A stretch of 64,000 nucleotides of DNA, from positions 46,197 through 110,196 of the forward strand of contig CAYHBB010000037.1 in NCBI GenBank assembly GCA_964354795.1, given 5' to 3'. Shown here in pieces: positions 9,636 to 19,069 of the stretch. This DNA is from an uncultured Planctomycetales bacterium. Its GTDB lineage: Bacteria > Omnitrophota > Gorgyraeia > Gygaellales > Profunditerraquicolaceae. Position 1 is the stretch's first letter. Every line of letters begins with the position of its first letter. Below the pieces are notes generated by a model, which made no database searches, had not been told where the DNA came from, and worked only from the letters and a program-made list of their open reading frames with translations. A program made the translations under genes and the position numbers.

Positions 9636-11408
9636 TTATAGCGCAAAATCCACATCCGTTATTTGCCCAGTCTTGCCGGATTTAAATAGCGCGTCCACCA
9701 GGCACAGATCCTGAGCAGCATGCCATACGTCAAAATCATGCCGCATACGCCCTTCAGCTACATATCGCAAGAAAAGCCGTAATTCTTCCTGATACATTTC
9801 GTCAATATCATATGCGCTTTCTTCCCACAAAACCCGAGGGGCATTATTAGGCTCAGATTGGACCATAACATGTGGACGCATCAAATCATAACTCAAACAA
9901 CCCTGCTCAAATGCTATTGAGCCCGACCTGCTCATAGGGCGCTGAATATAATCCATGTGAATCTGGCTAATCGCATTTTTGTCATGATGGATCATGATAT
10001 CAGAGATCGTGTCAACCTCTAATGTGAGTCTTTCCGAACTCGGGAAAAAAGCAACAGCCTTTTTAGCTGGGCCTAATAAGCTTTGAGCGAGGTTGATCTC
10101 ATGGATCATAGTTAACGTAACGCCCCCGCCTAAATCTTTTCTCGCATAATAAGCATTTTGAAATTCCTCATAGGGATGCCAGTCTGGAAGCCATTGCCCT
10201 ACGCGACATTGAAATACGATCGGCTTACCCAAATACCCCTTTTCCATTTCTTTCTTTATGGTCTTTATAATTGGGTGCAACTGCAGGTTATAACCGACAA
10301 ACGTCACAATATTTTTTGATTTAACTAATTCAATAAATTCCTTTACGCCTTCACGAGAATTCGATAAAGGCTTTTCAATAAAAACGCCTTTGACATATGG
10401 CGCGATACGAGCCGCTATGTCTAAATGCAGGCTAGTAGGATTAGCTATTATGGCAATATCAGGCTTGAAATCAATCGTCTCGCCCCAAGTGGATAATTCC
10501 CGAGCTCCCAAATCCGATGGAATGTCTTTAAAATGGCCCTGGCGAGTGCGGAATGAGGCGATTTGGAAATATCCCAACTTGCGAAGATTTCGAATATGCC
10601 GCTGGCCGATGGAGCCGCTTCCAAAAATAATTATCTTTTCAGGGTTAAACCTATGTTTCAATTTAATTTCGGACTGTTTATTATATCTTGATAGATAAAG
10701 GTCTGCACAATTCTTATTAATGTTAATAATATGGGGATTGACATTTAAAAAATCGATTATTTCATCTAAACCGAAAACACTGCCCTCTTTATAAAGCTCG
10801 GAAAAAAGGGCCTTGAAGAAATCATAATCCTCAGGATAATCAAGAGTCATACGTATATCCGGACGGTTGTGTTTCGTATTTTCAATAGGTAAGCGGTACG
10901 TCTCAAAAAGGCCGGTATCTGTAAAATAGCGCCCCCAAACTTCTGTATCCGCTGCGTCTTTAATCTCTAAGATCTTCTTTAAAGCAGAAGGTTTCATGCC
11001 GTGAGTAAACGCTCCATGAGGAAGGTCCATCGCCGTAATAAGATCAGCCCTAGTTTTTTCAAAAGCCTCAACGACCTTATCCGCATAAACAGGATCGACC
11101 AAAGGGCAATCCGCAGTTATGGTCAAAATGTAGTCCAGGCCATATTTTACTGATGCATCGTAGAGTCTTTTAATAACATCGTCTTCGTCTCCGCGGAAAC
11201 ACTCGACCCTATTTCTCTTTGCGCAGTCTTCTAACGGATCGTCCTCCGGGTTTGTCGAAGTACATAACACGATAACATCCGTTTTCCTAGACAGCTTGAT
11301 TCGATCAAACATATGCTCCAAAAAAGGCCTATTCTCTACATTAAGTAATATCTTTTTCGCAAGCCTTGTAGACTTTAGGCGCCCAATAATCAGATAACCA
11401 ACTTTCAT
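9636..11408 (-). CDS. Fusion: N-terminal acylneuraminate-type cytidylyltransferase (CMP-nonulosonate synthetase, NeuA/LegF/PseF-like) + C-terminal Gfo/Idh/MocA oxidoreductase (ptmB-ptmA-like fusion)
   Basis: N-terminus GRLKSTRLAKKIL ... VIVLCTS... cytidylyltransferase fold; C-terminus KIIIFGSGSIGQRHIRNL Rossmann of the Gfo/Idh/MocA type. Confidence 0.75.
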   Translation of the reverse strand: MKVGYLIIGRLKSTRLAKKILLNVENRPFLEHMFDRIKLSRKTDVIVLCTSTNPEDDPLEDCAKRNRVECFRGDEDDVIKRLYDASVKYGLDYILTITADCPLVDPVYADKVVEAFEKTRADLITAMDLPHGAFTHGMKPSALKKILEIKDAADTEVWGRYFTDTGLFETYRLPIENTKHNRPDIRMTLDYPEDYDFFKALFSELYKEGSVFGLDEIIDFLNVNPHIININKNCADLYLSRYNKQSEIKLKHRFNPEKIIIFGSGSIGQRHIRNLRKLGYFQIASFRTRQGHFKDIPSDLGARELSTWGETIDFKPDIAIIANPTSLHLDIAARIAPYVKGVFIEKPLSNSREGVKEFIELVKSKNIVTFVGYNLQLHPIIKTIKKEMEKGYLGKPIVFQCRVGQWLPDWHPYEEFQNAYYARKDLGGGVTLTMIHEINLAQSLLGPAKKAVAFFPSSERLTLEVDTISDIMIHHDKNAISQIHMDYIQRPMSRSGSIAFEQGCLSYDLMRPHVMVQSEPNNAPRVLWEESAYDIDEMYQEELRLFLRYVAEGRMRHDFDVWHAAQDLCLVDALFKSGKTGQITDVDFAL

Positions 11409-12412
11409 GCTATATCATCCTCACGGATTACTTGATGCATTTCAATATCGCGCTTAATCGTTCTATTTATTATTCTGCCTGCTTTATCAGGGGGAATACC
11501 AAGCTCTGCGGCACGTACGAAATTGATATCGGCTTCTTGCAATTGCGTTCCGGCTTTCAAATGGCGCGCGGCAACGATGCTTTTCTTTTGGAATTTTCTG
11601 TATTTTAACTCGTCTTGAGAAAACGCCTTTGGCGCGGACAACCCTTTGGCTAATTCTAATTCTCGGACCATACGGACAAAACATTTGAATTCATCTGGAT
11701 TGAGCGCCGATTGATAATCTACTCCTTTCAATGAACGATCATGGGTGATATGCTTTTCTAAAACACTCGCGCCCATCCCTACTGACAAAGCCGGAATCCA
11801 AAATGCTGCCTCGGTATCAGCATCACAATGATCTTGATAGCCGATGGGCAATTCAAATAATTCGCCGATCTTCTTCATATAATTAAGGTGAATGTCAGAA
11901 ATTGCGATTGGAAAATTTTGGTAACCGTACATAAGAGTAATCTCGGATTGAGACACTTTTCTTATTCGCTCAATAGCTGTCTGGATTTCGGTCAAGGTAG
12001 ACGCGCCAATGCTTAAGTTGATCCTCTTGCCCGTTGCGGCAACGCTATCAAGGACATACGGATTTGATAAGTCAGATGAATTTAATTTATAGCCATCAAT
12101 AGCTAACGATTCAATAAAATCAATACTCTTATGCTCATAAACACAACATAAAATATCCATACTAGGATAGTGCTTCCGCGAATATTGAACTATTTCTTTC
12201 CACTGATCTTGACTTAATTCAATCTTTTTACACACTTCATACACGGAGTGATTGGGCGCCATCATATGAACCAAAGACCATATTTGCAATTGAATTGCAT
12301 CAGCGCCTACCTGACCTGCCCCATCAATGATCTTTCGCGCTAATTCAGGATTGCCATCGTAAGAACATGCCATTTCTGCGATAATATAAACCCTATTATC
12401 CATTTTATGCAT
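11405..12412 (-). CDS. NeuB-family nonulosonic acid synthase paralog with SAF domain
   Basis: VYIIAEMACSYDGNPELARKIIDGAGQVGADAIQLQIW; C-terminal SAF-like segment. Confidence 0.8.
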   Translation of the reverse strand: MHKMDNRVYIIAEMACSYDGNPELARKIIDGAGQVGADAIQLQIWSLVHMMAPNHSVYEVCKKIELSQDQWKEIVQYSRKHYPSMDILCCVYEHKSIDFIESLAIDGYKLNSSDLSNPYVLDSVAATGKRINLSIGASTLTEIQTAIERIRKVSQSEITLMYGYQNFPIAISDIHLNYMKKIGELFELPIGYQDHCDADTEAAFWIPALSVGMGASVLEKHITHDRSLKGVDYQSALNPDEFKCFVRMVRELELAKGLSAPKAFSQDELKYRKFQKKSIVAARHLKAGTQLQEADINFVRAAELGIPPDKAGRIINRTIKRDIEMHQVIREDDIA

Positions 12413-13076
12413 ATACAGCTCGCTTTTTAATAATATCGGTTAATAAGTTAGCAACCGCTTTATGACCGCGATTATTCCAATGAAGGCCGTCAGCATTAAA
12501 ACCGTCCACATTAAGTATCTCTTCTTTTACCCTAATGAAATCGTCATGATAAATATCTTCGATGATTTTATTGTAATCTGCAATGCGTTTCAGCACTCCG
12601 GGACGAGCTCTCTCATAGCCATCCATAGAGCAAATTTCAAGCCAGAATATCCTTGAATCTTCAAAAAGTAATCTTAGTTTTCTGGCTGTCTTCCTAAAAC
12701 TTGTTTTTCTAACTCTAGAGACCTGCCTGAAACCAATTAAAGAAGGATTATTAACAAACTGATTTATCCTAGAAAATAACCGTCCCGAGATCCTAGTAAT
12801 TAGAGTTTTTTGAAACTCCGTGAAAGCTTCCGGTCGCGCATCATTGATACCAGACTGAACAATAATATAGTCGGGATCCCAATTTGAAAGATAGCCAATA
12901 GCCTGATCAATAAGCTGTTCCGTTGTAATATTTCCAAAAGATAATTGCCAAAACACGGAGTCTTTAAAGTTGCTTCTAATTATGTAGGGATAAGTTTCTT
13001 CTAGTTTGGTCATTTCCGTAACGGGAAAAGACCTTGGGTTACCAATAGAATCGGTAAGAATTATAAATTTGCTCAT
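12405..13076 (-). CDS. SGNH/GDSL-family hydrolase (acyl-esterase-like)
   Basis: Block I ILTDSIG (Ser nucleophile), block III QSGINDA, block V DGLHWN (DxxH). Confidence 0.55.
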   Translation of the reverse strand: MSKFIILTDSIGNPRSFPVTEMTKLEETYPYIIRSNFKDSVFWQLSFGNITTEQLIDQAIGYLSNWDPDYIIVQSGINDARPEAFTEFQKTLITRISGRLFSRINQFVNNPSLIGFRQVSRVRKTSFRKTARKLRLLFEDSRIFWLEICSMDGYERARPGVLKRIADYNKIIEDIYHDDFIRVKEEILNVDGFNADGLHWNNRGHKAVANLLTDIIKKRAVYA

Positions 13077-13096
13077 AAAATTAATCTCATCAATAT

Positions 13097-13345
13097 TTAA
13101 CCAAGATAAGCCATAATAGTAGCTCTAATAATTTTATAACTAATGAGTGTTTCTATCTCACATTCTTCAAACTTAATATCAAATTCTGACTCAAGAGCAT
13201 CTACCATCTTTAAATGATTCTTTCCCCTCCACGTCTTTATAGTGCGCGGGGATGCATCTATGTCTATCTCATCAGCAGGCAAGTTAAACACCTTTGACAT
13301 GTTTTTCTTTATCCTGTTTTCAATCTGTGTTTTAGAATCAAGCAT
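13097..13345 (-). CDS. Acyl-carrier-protein-like small protein (82 aa) lacking the canonical DSL phosphopantetheine-attachment serine
   Basis: Aligns by eye to E. coli AcpP over the helix I/II region (MVDALESEFDIKF vs LVMALEEEFDTEI) but the GADSLD loop is replaced by GKNHLK. Confidence 0.45.
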   Translation of the reverse strand: MLDSKTQIENRIKKNMSKVFNLPADEIDIDASPRTIKTWRGKNHLKMVDALESEFDIKFEECEIETLISYKIIRATIMAYLG

Positions 13346-13369
13346 TTCAATACCCTTCCAAGCAATACT

Positions 13370-15313
13370 TTAAAACCACCCCACCAGACTTAGGCTCACG
13401 AGATTCTTAAGGTCAGTACGTTCCTGTCCTGAAACCTCTTTATCGTTGATATAATCATCCGTTAATTTCCTAAGATAACTTAAATTAAAGTGGCTCTCTT
13501 GCAAAACTTCCTCAAATTGATATTTTCTGATGGCCTCTTTAAAATACGGCTTGCCGACTGAACCATACAAAATATCAGCATCACCACTCCAATTAGGATT
13601 AATATCATAAAGATAGGAATGATATCCTGTTTGAATATGATACGGATAATCAACTTTGTTTTTTAACATCCATTTTAGCGGATATTTGGTTGGGTTGAGA
13701 TCTAATCCACGCCCCCACGACTCCGGCATAGCGCTGAGGAATGATTGAATACGGCTATCCCAAAATGGCATGCTAATACCCAGATTATAGTGATCTGATG
13801 CATTTGATAAACCCTTCACTGAACTGCCTTGCCAATGAAAACTATTGTATAGATGGAGGATCCATGAATAAAGGGTATCCGGGGTCGCTTCCTCTATAAA
13901 ATCATTAAGATATGAATCGCGCATGACAGACTGATATCTTTGCATTCCACTTTGAGTAAATAATTTACTATTGAATAGACTTAAAAATGGGATTCGTTGG
14001 CCTGATAAGAAAAAGGACTCAATGAATCTTGCCTTACGTTCTCTGGCATCCATTTTTACCGGATCATCAAATATGGAACCAGACATTCGTGATTTGAAAA
14101 TATTATAGATAAAGTCTTGGTTAGATTCCCCTTTCATCATTCTTGAGAAAAAAGATGGGCCAAAAAGATAGGCCGCCATTTTATCGCTATATTCTCTAAA
14201 ATTAAGATCCGGATGTTCAAGAATGCTAGCGAACTGAGAAAAACCAATATTATGAACACCATCGCTTATTTCACCATTAAATAGCGGATAAACGCCTTGA
14301 CTGTTCTTGGACACGTGTTCCGCTATCCTCAAAGAGTTATAATTAAAGAACGGCGAGTACAAATGGTTCGCCTTTAATGAGTCATGAATTTCTTTCCAAA
14401 AGTCCAAATATTCTTGTTTGGTATAATCAATATCTACAATATCAAGAGGCACTGAAAAATAATCGGCTATTTTTTTAGCTTTATCTACCTCAAATAGATT
14501 ATTAATTCCAGAACTTGCGGAATACTTAACGCGAGCTATCACAGCACGCACCTTTGATGGACCATAAAGTTCGGTAAGAAGCGCAAGTATGCAAGAAGAA
14601 TCCCAGCCGCTCGATAAAGATACCCAGTTACATTCATTAGAGCCTCGAATTTCCACTACAGAATGCATAAGTTCCGAGTATTCATTTAATTTATCATCCT
14701 TATAATCTTGTATCACTATTGGATCAAATCGAATAGGTCTCAGCCCTATCTTACCTTGCTTATATTCAATGTATTCGCCAACCCCCAAGCGATATATTCC
14801 TTCATAAATAGTGTGTTTCTTCGGCGCATAATTCGCATACACATGAAAAATATTTATAAGCGCCTCTTGATTATAAGCTTTTGGCGGACATACGGCTACG
14901 ACCGCTTTTAGATCAGTTGATACGACTAAGCTACTGTCCTTTAAAACATAAAAAATATCTTTGCGGTTATAGATATCTGCAAATATAATAATGTCGCTTT
15001 CGGATTTGATCAACACCCCGGAAAAATGCCCTTCAAGATTCTTAATAATATCTATCGGATGCAACTTGCCAGCCAATTCTCTCAGTAACGGATCCTCGCC
15101 TTTAGACAAATCAAGTTTATACATTGTTCCGTCTTGACGGCGAATCGCATAGACGTGTCCCCAAATAAATAGAAAACGGCCTTCACCTAGAGAAATTTTA
15201 ATTTTGGGAGACATATCAGATGCAACAAGAATGTTTTCTCCTTTATATAGAATTGCGTCTTTATCAAACAAAGAAGAAGAATTAGTTAATTTTTTGTTTA
15301 TATAAATTATCAT
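13370..15313 (-). CDS. Asparagine-synthetase-family amidotransferase lacking the N-terminal Cys nucleophile (PseA-like, candidate amidino-forming enzyme)
   Basis: PP-loop SLSSGWDSS (cf. SGGLDSS); N-terminus MIIY... has no Cys2. Confidence 0.75.
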   Translation of the reverse strand: MIIYINKKLTNSSSLFDKDAILYKGENILVASDMSPKIKISLGEGRFLFIWGHVYAIRRQDGTMYKLDLSKGEDPLLRELAGKLHPIDIIKNLEGHFSGVLIKSESDIIIFADIYNRKDIFYVLKDSSLVVSTDLKAVVAVCPPKAYNQEALINIFHVYANYAPKKHTIYEGIYRLGVGEYIEYKQGKIGLRPIRFDPIVIQDYKDDKLNEYSELMHSVVEIRGSNECNWVSLSSGWDSSCILALLTELYGPSKVRAVIARVKYSASSGINNLFEVDKAKKIADYFSVPLDIVDIDYTKQEYLDFWKEIHDSLKANHLYSPFFNYNSLRIAEHVSKNSQGVYPLFNGEISDGVHNIGFSQFASILEHPDLNFREYSDKMAAYLFGPSFFSRMMKGESNQDFIYNIFKSRMSGSIFDDPVKMDARERKARFIESFFLSGQRIPFLSLFNSKLFTQSGMQRYQSVMRDSYLNDFIEEATPDTLYSWILHLYNSFHWQGSSVKGLSNASDHYNLGISMPFWDSRIQSFLSAMPESWGRGLDLNPTKYPLKWMLKNKVDYPYHIQTGYHSYLYDINPNWSGDADILYGSVGKPYFKEAIRKYQFEEVLQESHFNLSYLRKLTDDYINDKEVSGQERTDLKNLVSLSLVGWF

Positions 15314-16841
15314 TTATTCTCCTCCCATAGTAGAATTCATAAGCGCCATGAAACGCTTTTGCAACACGTTCCATTTCAAATTTTGGGTCATCACCTTCTG
15401 CAACTTTCATAATAAGCTCATTAGAAACGACTAATCCGTATTCAGTTCCTCTATATATGGCTTCGGCATAACGATTGATATCATTCTCGCCAGGAACGAA
15501 TCCATCCATGATCTCCTTCATTGCTTTAATCGCATCTTCAAATGTTTTTATCATAAAAATGCTTTTGCAACCTTGGTACCATGTGCTTCCATAAACAAGT
15601 GCCGGCTTGCCTCTTACTGCTGCTTCCCAACCAGGGGTGCCGCCGATACTACAAACTGCTTGTGAGTTATCAATTAATTTATAATTATCGAATTGAAATG
15701 GAATTATTCTAACGTTCTTATATGAGATTATTTTACGATAAAAATATTCATCTCTCATTAATGAGCCTTTATCTTCTTCTTTAAAAGTATTCGGATGTTC
15801 CTTGTAATAAATCAGCCAATCATCAGGAATGATTTGAGAGATCATGTCAAGGACAAGAAAGACGTCTTCATATATCCCAGCAAAAAGATTGCTAAATACT
15901 TCCGGCTGATACGGAGCTGGAAAATAAACATATTTTTTATTTATCGCTGGCGATTCGGCAATTTTGTTATAAATTTTTTTCACCCTTCGATTCTTACGAG
16001 CTAAACTCTTCTTAAACAGGGTATATTCGAAGTTGGTTAATTTTGAACCATCTGATTCCCAAGGTTTATTATTCTTTTTAAACGACAAGCCGGATTTCTT
16101 GAATGCAGTGCCTTGAAAAATCATTTTAAATATTCGTAAATAGTCTAAGTAACGGATTCGATGAAGCTCATCAAGCTTTTTCCAATATCTCGCTATATAC
16201 TTAGGTATCTGCGGGCTCTGAGAACGCAAGCGTTCCAGATATTTCTTCACGACATCGGAAACTTCCAGACTGGCTTCGGAGAGGTAATTTTCGTTAAATT
16301 TCGATGAAAAATCTTCAAGAGAATTTCCAATGGTAAAATAATTATCGTCCAAGAAAGGCATAGGGTTAAGAAATAATACCGGAATACCATAATAATGTTT
16401 ACACAAGAGGTAAAGGGGATAATCGGATGCCAAATGAGGTAAGGTATCGGCAACAAACAGATCGGGCTTAAGGTTATTAATCACGGTATTCCAATATTTT
16501 AATACGTCGTAGTAATACCTACGCCTCTCGAAGAAGCTGAAATTCCATCCGGTAGTATCCTCCAGCCAGCTAAGATAATTCAATTCATATTTTGAAAGAG
16601 CCCCGATAATCTCCGCATCAAGAGGCGCAGGTCTTCCTAAGCGTGAATAATCAAAAACAGACTGTCTCATTGAAGTCAAATCATGAAATATGGCATTCGC
16701 ATAACGCTCCTTGGCCCATTTTCGCATTCTTTCAGTACCATGGAAGAAGACCGGATTCCAACGATACTCATCATACAGATAATCCACTATAAGCCGACGG
16801 ACATCATTGTTAAAATAAGAATAAATGACCTTCATATTCAT
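15282..16841 (-). CDS. Hypothetical protein, possible GT-B-like glycosyltransferase or capsule-biosynthesis-like protein
   Basis: C-terminal YKEHP ... GGTPGWEAAVRGKPALVYG motif, similar in pattern to the partial ORF at 1..1625; otherwise unassigned. Confidence 0.35.
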   Translation of the reverse strand: MNMKVIYSYFNNDVRRLIVDYLYDEYRWNPVFFHGTERMRKWAKERYANAIFHDLTSMRQSVFDYSRLGRPAPLDAEIIGALSKYELNYLSWLEDTTGWNFSFFERRRYYYDVLKYWNTVINNLKPDLFVADTLPHLASDYPLYLLCKHYYGIPVLFLNPMPFLDDNYFTIGNSLEDFSSKFNENYLSEASLEVSDVVKKYLERLRSQSPQIPKYIARYWKKLDELHRIRYLDYLRIFKMIFQGTAFKKSGLSFKKNNKPWESDGSKLTNFEYTLFKKSLARKNRRVKKIYNKIAESPAINKKYVYFPAPYQPEVFSNLFAGIYEDVFLVLDMISQIIPDDWLIYYKEHPNTFKEEDKGSLMRDEYFYRKIISYKNVRIIPFQFDNYKLIDNSQAVCSIGGTPGWEAAVRGKPALVYGSTWYQGCKSIFMIKTFEDAIKAMKEIMDGFVPGENDINRYAEAIYRGTEYGLVVSNELIMKVAEGDDPKFEMERVAKAFHGAYEFYYGRRINDNLYKQKIN

Positions 16842-16900
16842 CGCTCCAAGCTTATCCTAGGTTCATTTAAAAATATCTTTTGTATTCTTATGTGGCGCCA

Positions 16901-17563
16901 TCATTTCCTTATCTTTTTTGCAGGGTTCCCTGCAACTAACTGATTTCCTTCGATATCATCAATAACCAGTGAATTGGCGGCAATGATAGTATTATCGCCT
17001 ATTGTAATATTCCCCAAAATCTGCGAGTGAGAGCACAAAACCACATCATTTCCTATTTTAGGGCCTTCCTCTATACCCTTTAAGGACCTATGTCCAACTG
17101 TACAGCCCTGGTATATCCAAAAACCCTTGCCAATCTTACATCTTGACCCTATAACTGTTCCCAATCCATGCCTTACAAGAAACCCTTCGCCAATATCCGT
17201 ACTCCAATATATCTCACAACCGCATAAAACTTTCATTAAAAAGTGTATCTGATATTTAAAATCATCTTCATATCCTTGCTTATCCATCTTTCTTGCCAGC
17301 CTATATAAAAAGACAGGCAGTCCTCCGCAATTTCTTAAAATATCAGCTTTTACTTCTTCTTCCGGTATTTCGTGGTAATGATACCGAAAATCTAGCACTG
17401 TTTCTTCAAAAGCCCTCTTTATCAACTCCTCATCATCATTGACCTGACGAGCATTAGGAATTAACTTTTGTAAGCTGAAATTAATAAAGTTTGTGATTTC
17501 CTTCAACTGATCGTAATCCATTCTTTTCTCATCTTCCTTAGAATTAAACAGGCAAACGTTCAA
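16901..17563 (-). CDS. Hexapeptide-repeat (left-handed beta-helix) acetyltransferase, serine-O-acetyltransferase-like
   Basis: C-terminal hexapeptide repeats IGDNTIIAANSLVIDDIEGNQLVAGNPAK. Confidence 0.75.
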   Translation of the reverse strand: MNVCLFNSKEDEKRMDYDQLKEITNFINFSLQKLIPNARQVNDDEELIKRAFEETVLDFRYHYHEIPEEEVKADILRNCGGLPVFLYRLARKMDKQGYEDDFKYQIHFLMKVLCGCEIYWSTDIGEGFLVRHGLGTVIGSRCKIGKGFWIYQGCTVGHRSLKGIEEGPKIGNDVVLCSHSQILGNITIGDNTIIAANSLVIDDIEGNQLVAGNPAKKIRK

Positions 17564-19016
17564 GCTCTCCTTGATTTCTACGAGAATCCAAAGAATATTT
17601 CAAGCTCATTAAATATTCCTTGTCATACTTATCTTTTTTATCATAAATTAAATTGTATTTCTCCTTTACCGAATCATAGTCTTTTGTCCCTTCGAATCGT
17701 TTCAGAAAATTATCGACCCTCTTTCTTGAACGCGTATGAAAATATTGAAACGCAAATCTTCGTATAGCCAGCAAGTCATACCCATTTAAACCTGGGGGGA
17801 CATAAACAACGCCGTATGTAGAGTACTTATCAAAGTTATTGGTTAATATTCCCCCTTCTTTGATTGCTTTTTCCCTGACTTTTGTTTTTGGATATGGAAC
17901 CATATGCTGAAATCCGGGAGAATCAATGTCCAGCTTATCCGGAAAAGTTATCGTTTCCCATACCGTATCGATCGTATCTTCAGGAAATCCGATAATAAAA
18001 CCGGCATAAACTAATAAGTTTACGCTTTTCAAAATATTAACAGCGTTAATTATTTGATCTAAAGATAGATTTTTATTTGCCCTCAGCACTTCCGAGTTGC
18101 CGGATTCAATCCCGATGTTCACCGCTCTGGCCCCAACATTCCTCATTCTTATAAACATCTCTTTGTCTTTAACCGCGTCCGCACGTGTTTGAAAAGTCCA
18201 TTCAATGTCAAGCTTTTCTTTCTCGAGAATATCGCAAAATTCAAACACCCTATTTCTGTCCAGCGTAAAGACTTCATCGGCCATGCTAAAGATATTAATT
18301 TTATATTTCTTTTGGAGCCATCGAATCTCGGAAATAACCTCCTGGAAATCCCGGTTAACGACCTTTCTGTTGCATAAAATATGATTGCTGCAATAAGTAC
18401 AGCTGTAAGGGCATCCTTTGCTGGTAAATACCGAGAATCCTTTCTTCTGCGATCCATAAATACAGGGATGAAGAAAAGGGGTTAAATCAACGTCGCTCCA
18501 ATCAGGCGACCCCATGCTGTCAGAATCTATTTCTCCTCTTGGGACAACTATCATTTTGTCTTTTTCAGCAAAAACAGTTCCTGGGACATCCTTCCGTTTC
18601 GATTGTTTTCTATAGCTATCAACAATCTTTGTCATGGGCTGCTCCCCATCGCCCATAACGACATAATCACATTCTTTAAATAAATCTTCCGGACAAAGCG
18701 AGGCATGCGCTCCTCCGGCAATAAACCAAGCTTGGGAAAACATTCTTTTACTCATATTAATAATACTCAAGGCCGGCTTAAGTGAAAGTGTGAAAGGTAT
18801 TGAAATACCGATGATATCTGGCTGATACTCTTTCAGTTTCAAAAAAAGGTCTTCCAAAGTGTACTGCATAGCTGGGCAATCAAAAACCCTAAAGTCCGCC
18901 GAAAGGTTTTGTTTTCGTAAACCGTTTACAAGATAAGGAAGAGAAAAAAATAATACTTTATGATTATCATAAGGCGGATTAATCAACGCTACTTTCGTAA
19001 GATTTGGCTTTACCAT
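17544..19016 (-). CDS. B12-binding domain radical SAM protein (second class B rSAM)
   Basis: N-terminal B12-binding-like domain, CxxxCxxC 'CPYSCTYC'. Confidence 0.8.
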   Translation of the reverse strand: MVKPNLTKVALINPPYDNHKVLFFSLPYLVNGLRKQNLSADFRVFDCPAMQYTLEDLFLKLKEYQPDIIGISIPFTLSLKPALSIINMSKRMFSQAWFIAGGAHASLCPEDLFKECDYVVMGDGEQPMTKIVDSYRKQSKRKDVPGTVFAEKDKMIVVPRGEIDSDSMGSPDWSDVDLTPFLHPCIYGSQKKGFSVFTSKGCPYSCTYCSNHILCNRKVVNRDFQEVISEIRWLQKKYKINIFSMADEVFTLDRNRVFEFCDILEKEKLDIEWTFQTRADAVKDKEMFIRMRNVGARAVNIGIESGNSEVLRANKNLSLDQIINAVNILKSVNLLVYAGFIIGFPEDTIDTVWETITFPDKLDIDSPGFQHMVPYPKTKVREKAIKEGGILTNNFDKYSTYGVVYVPPGLNGYDLLAIRRFAFQYFHTRSRKRVDNFLKRFEGTKDYDSVKEKYNLIYDKKDKYDKEYLMSLKYSLDSRRNQGELERLPV

Positions 19017-19069
19017 AAATAAATGCCCTTTTAGTTTATCAAGTTACTTCACATAACAAGAAGATTTAT

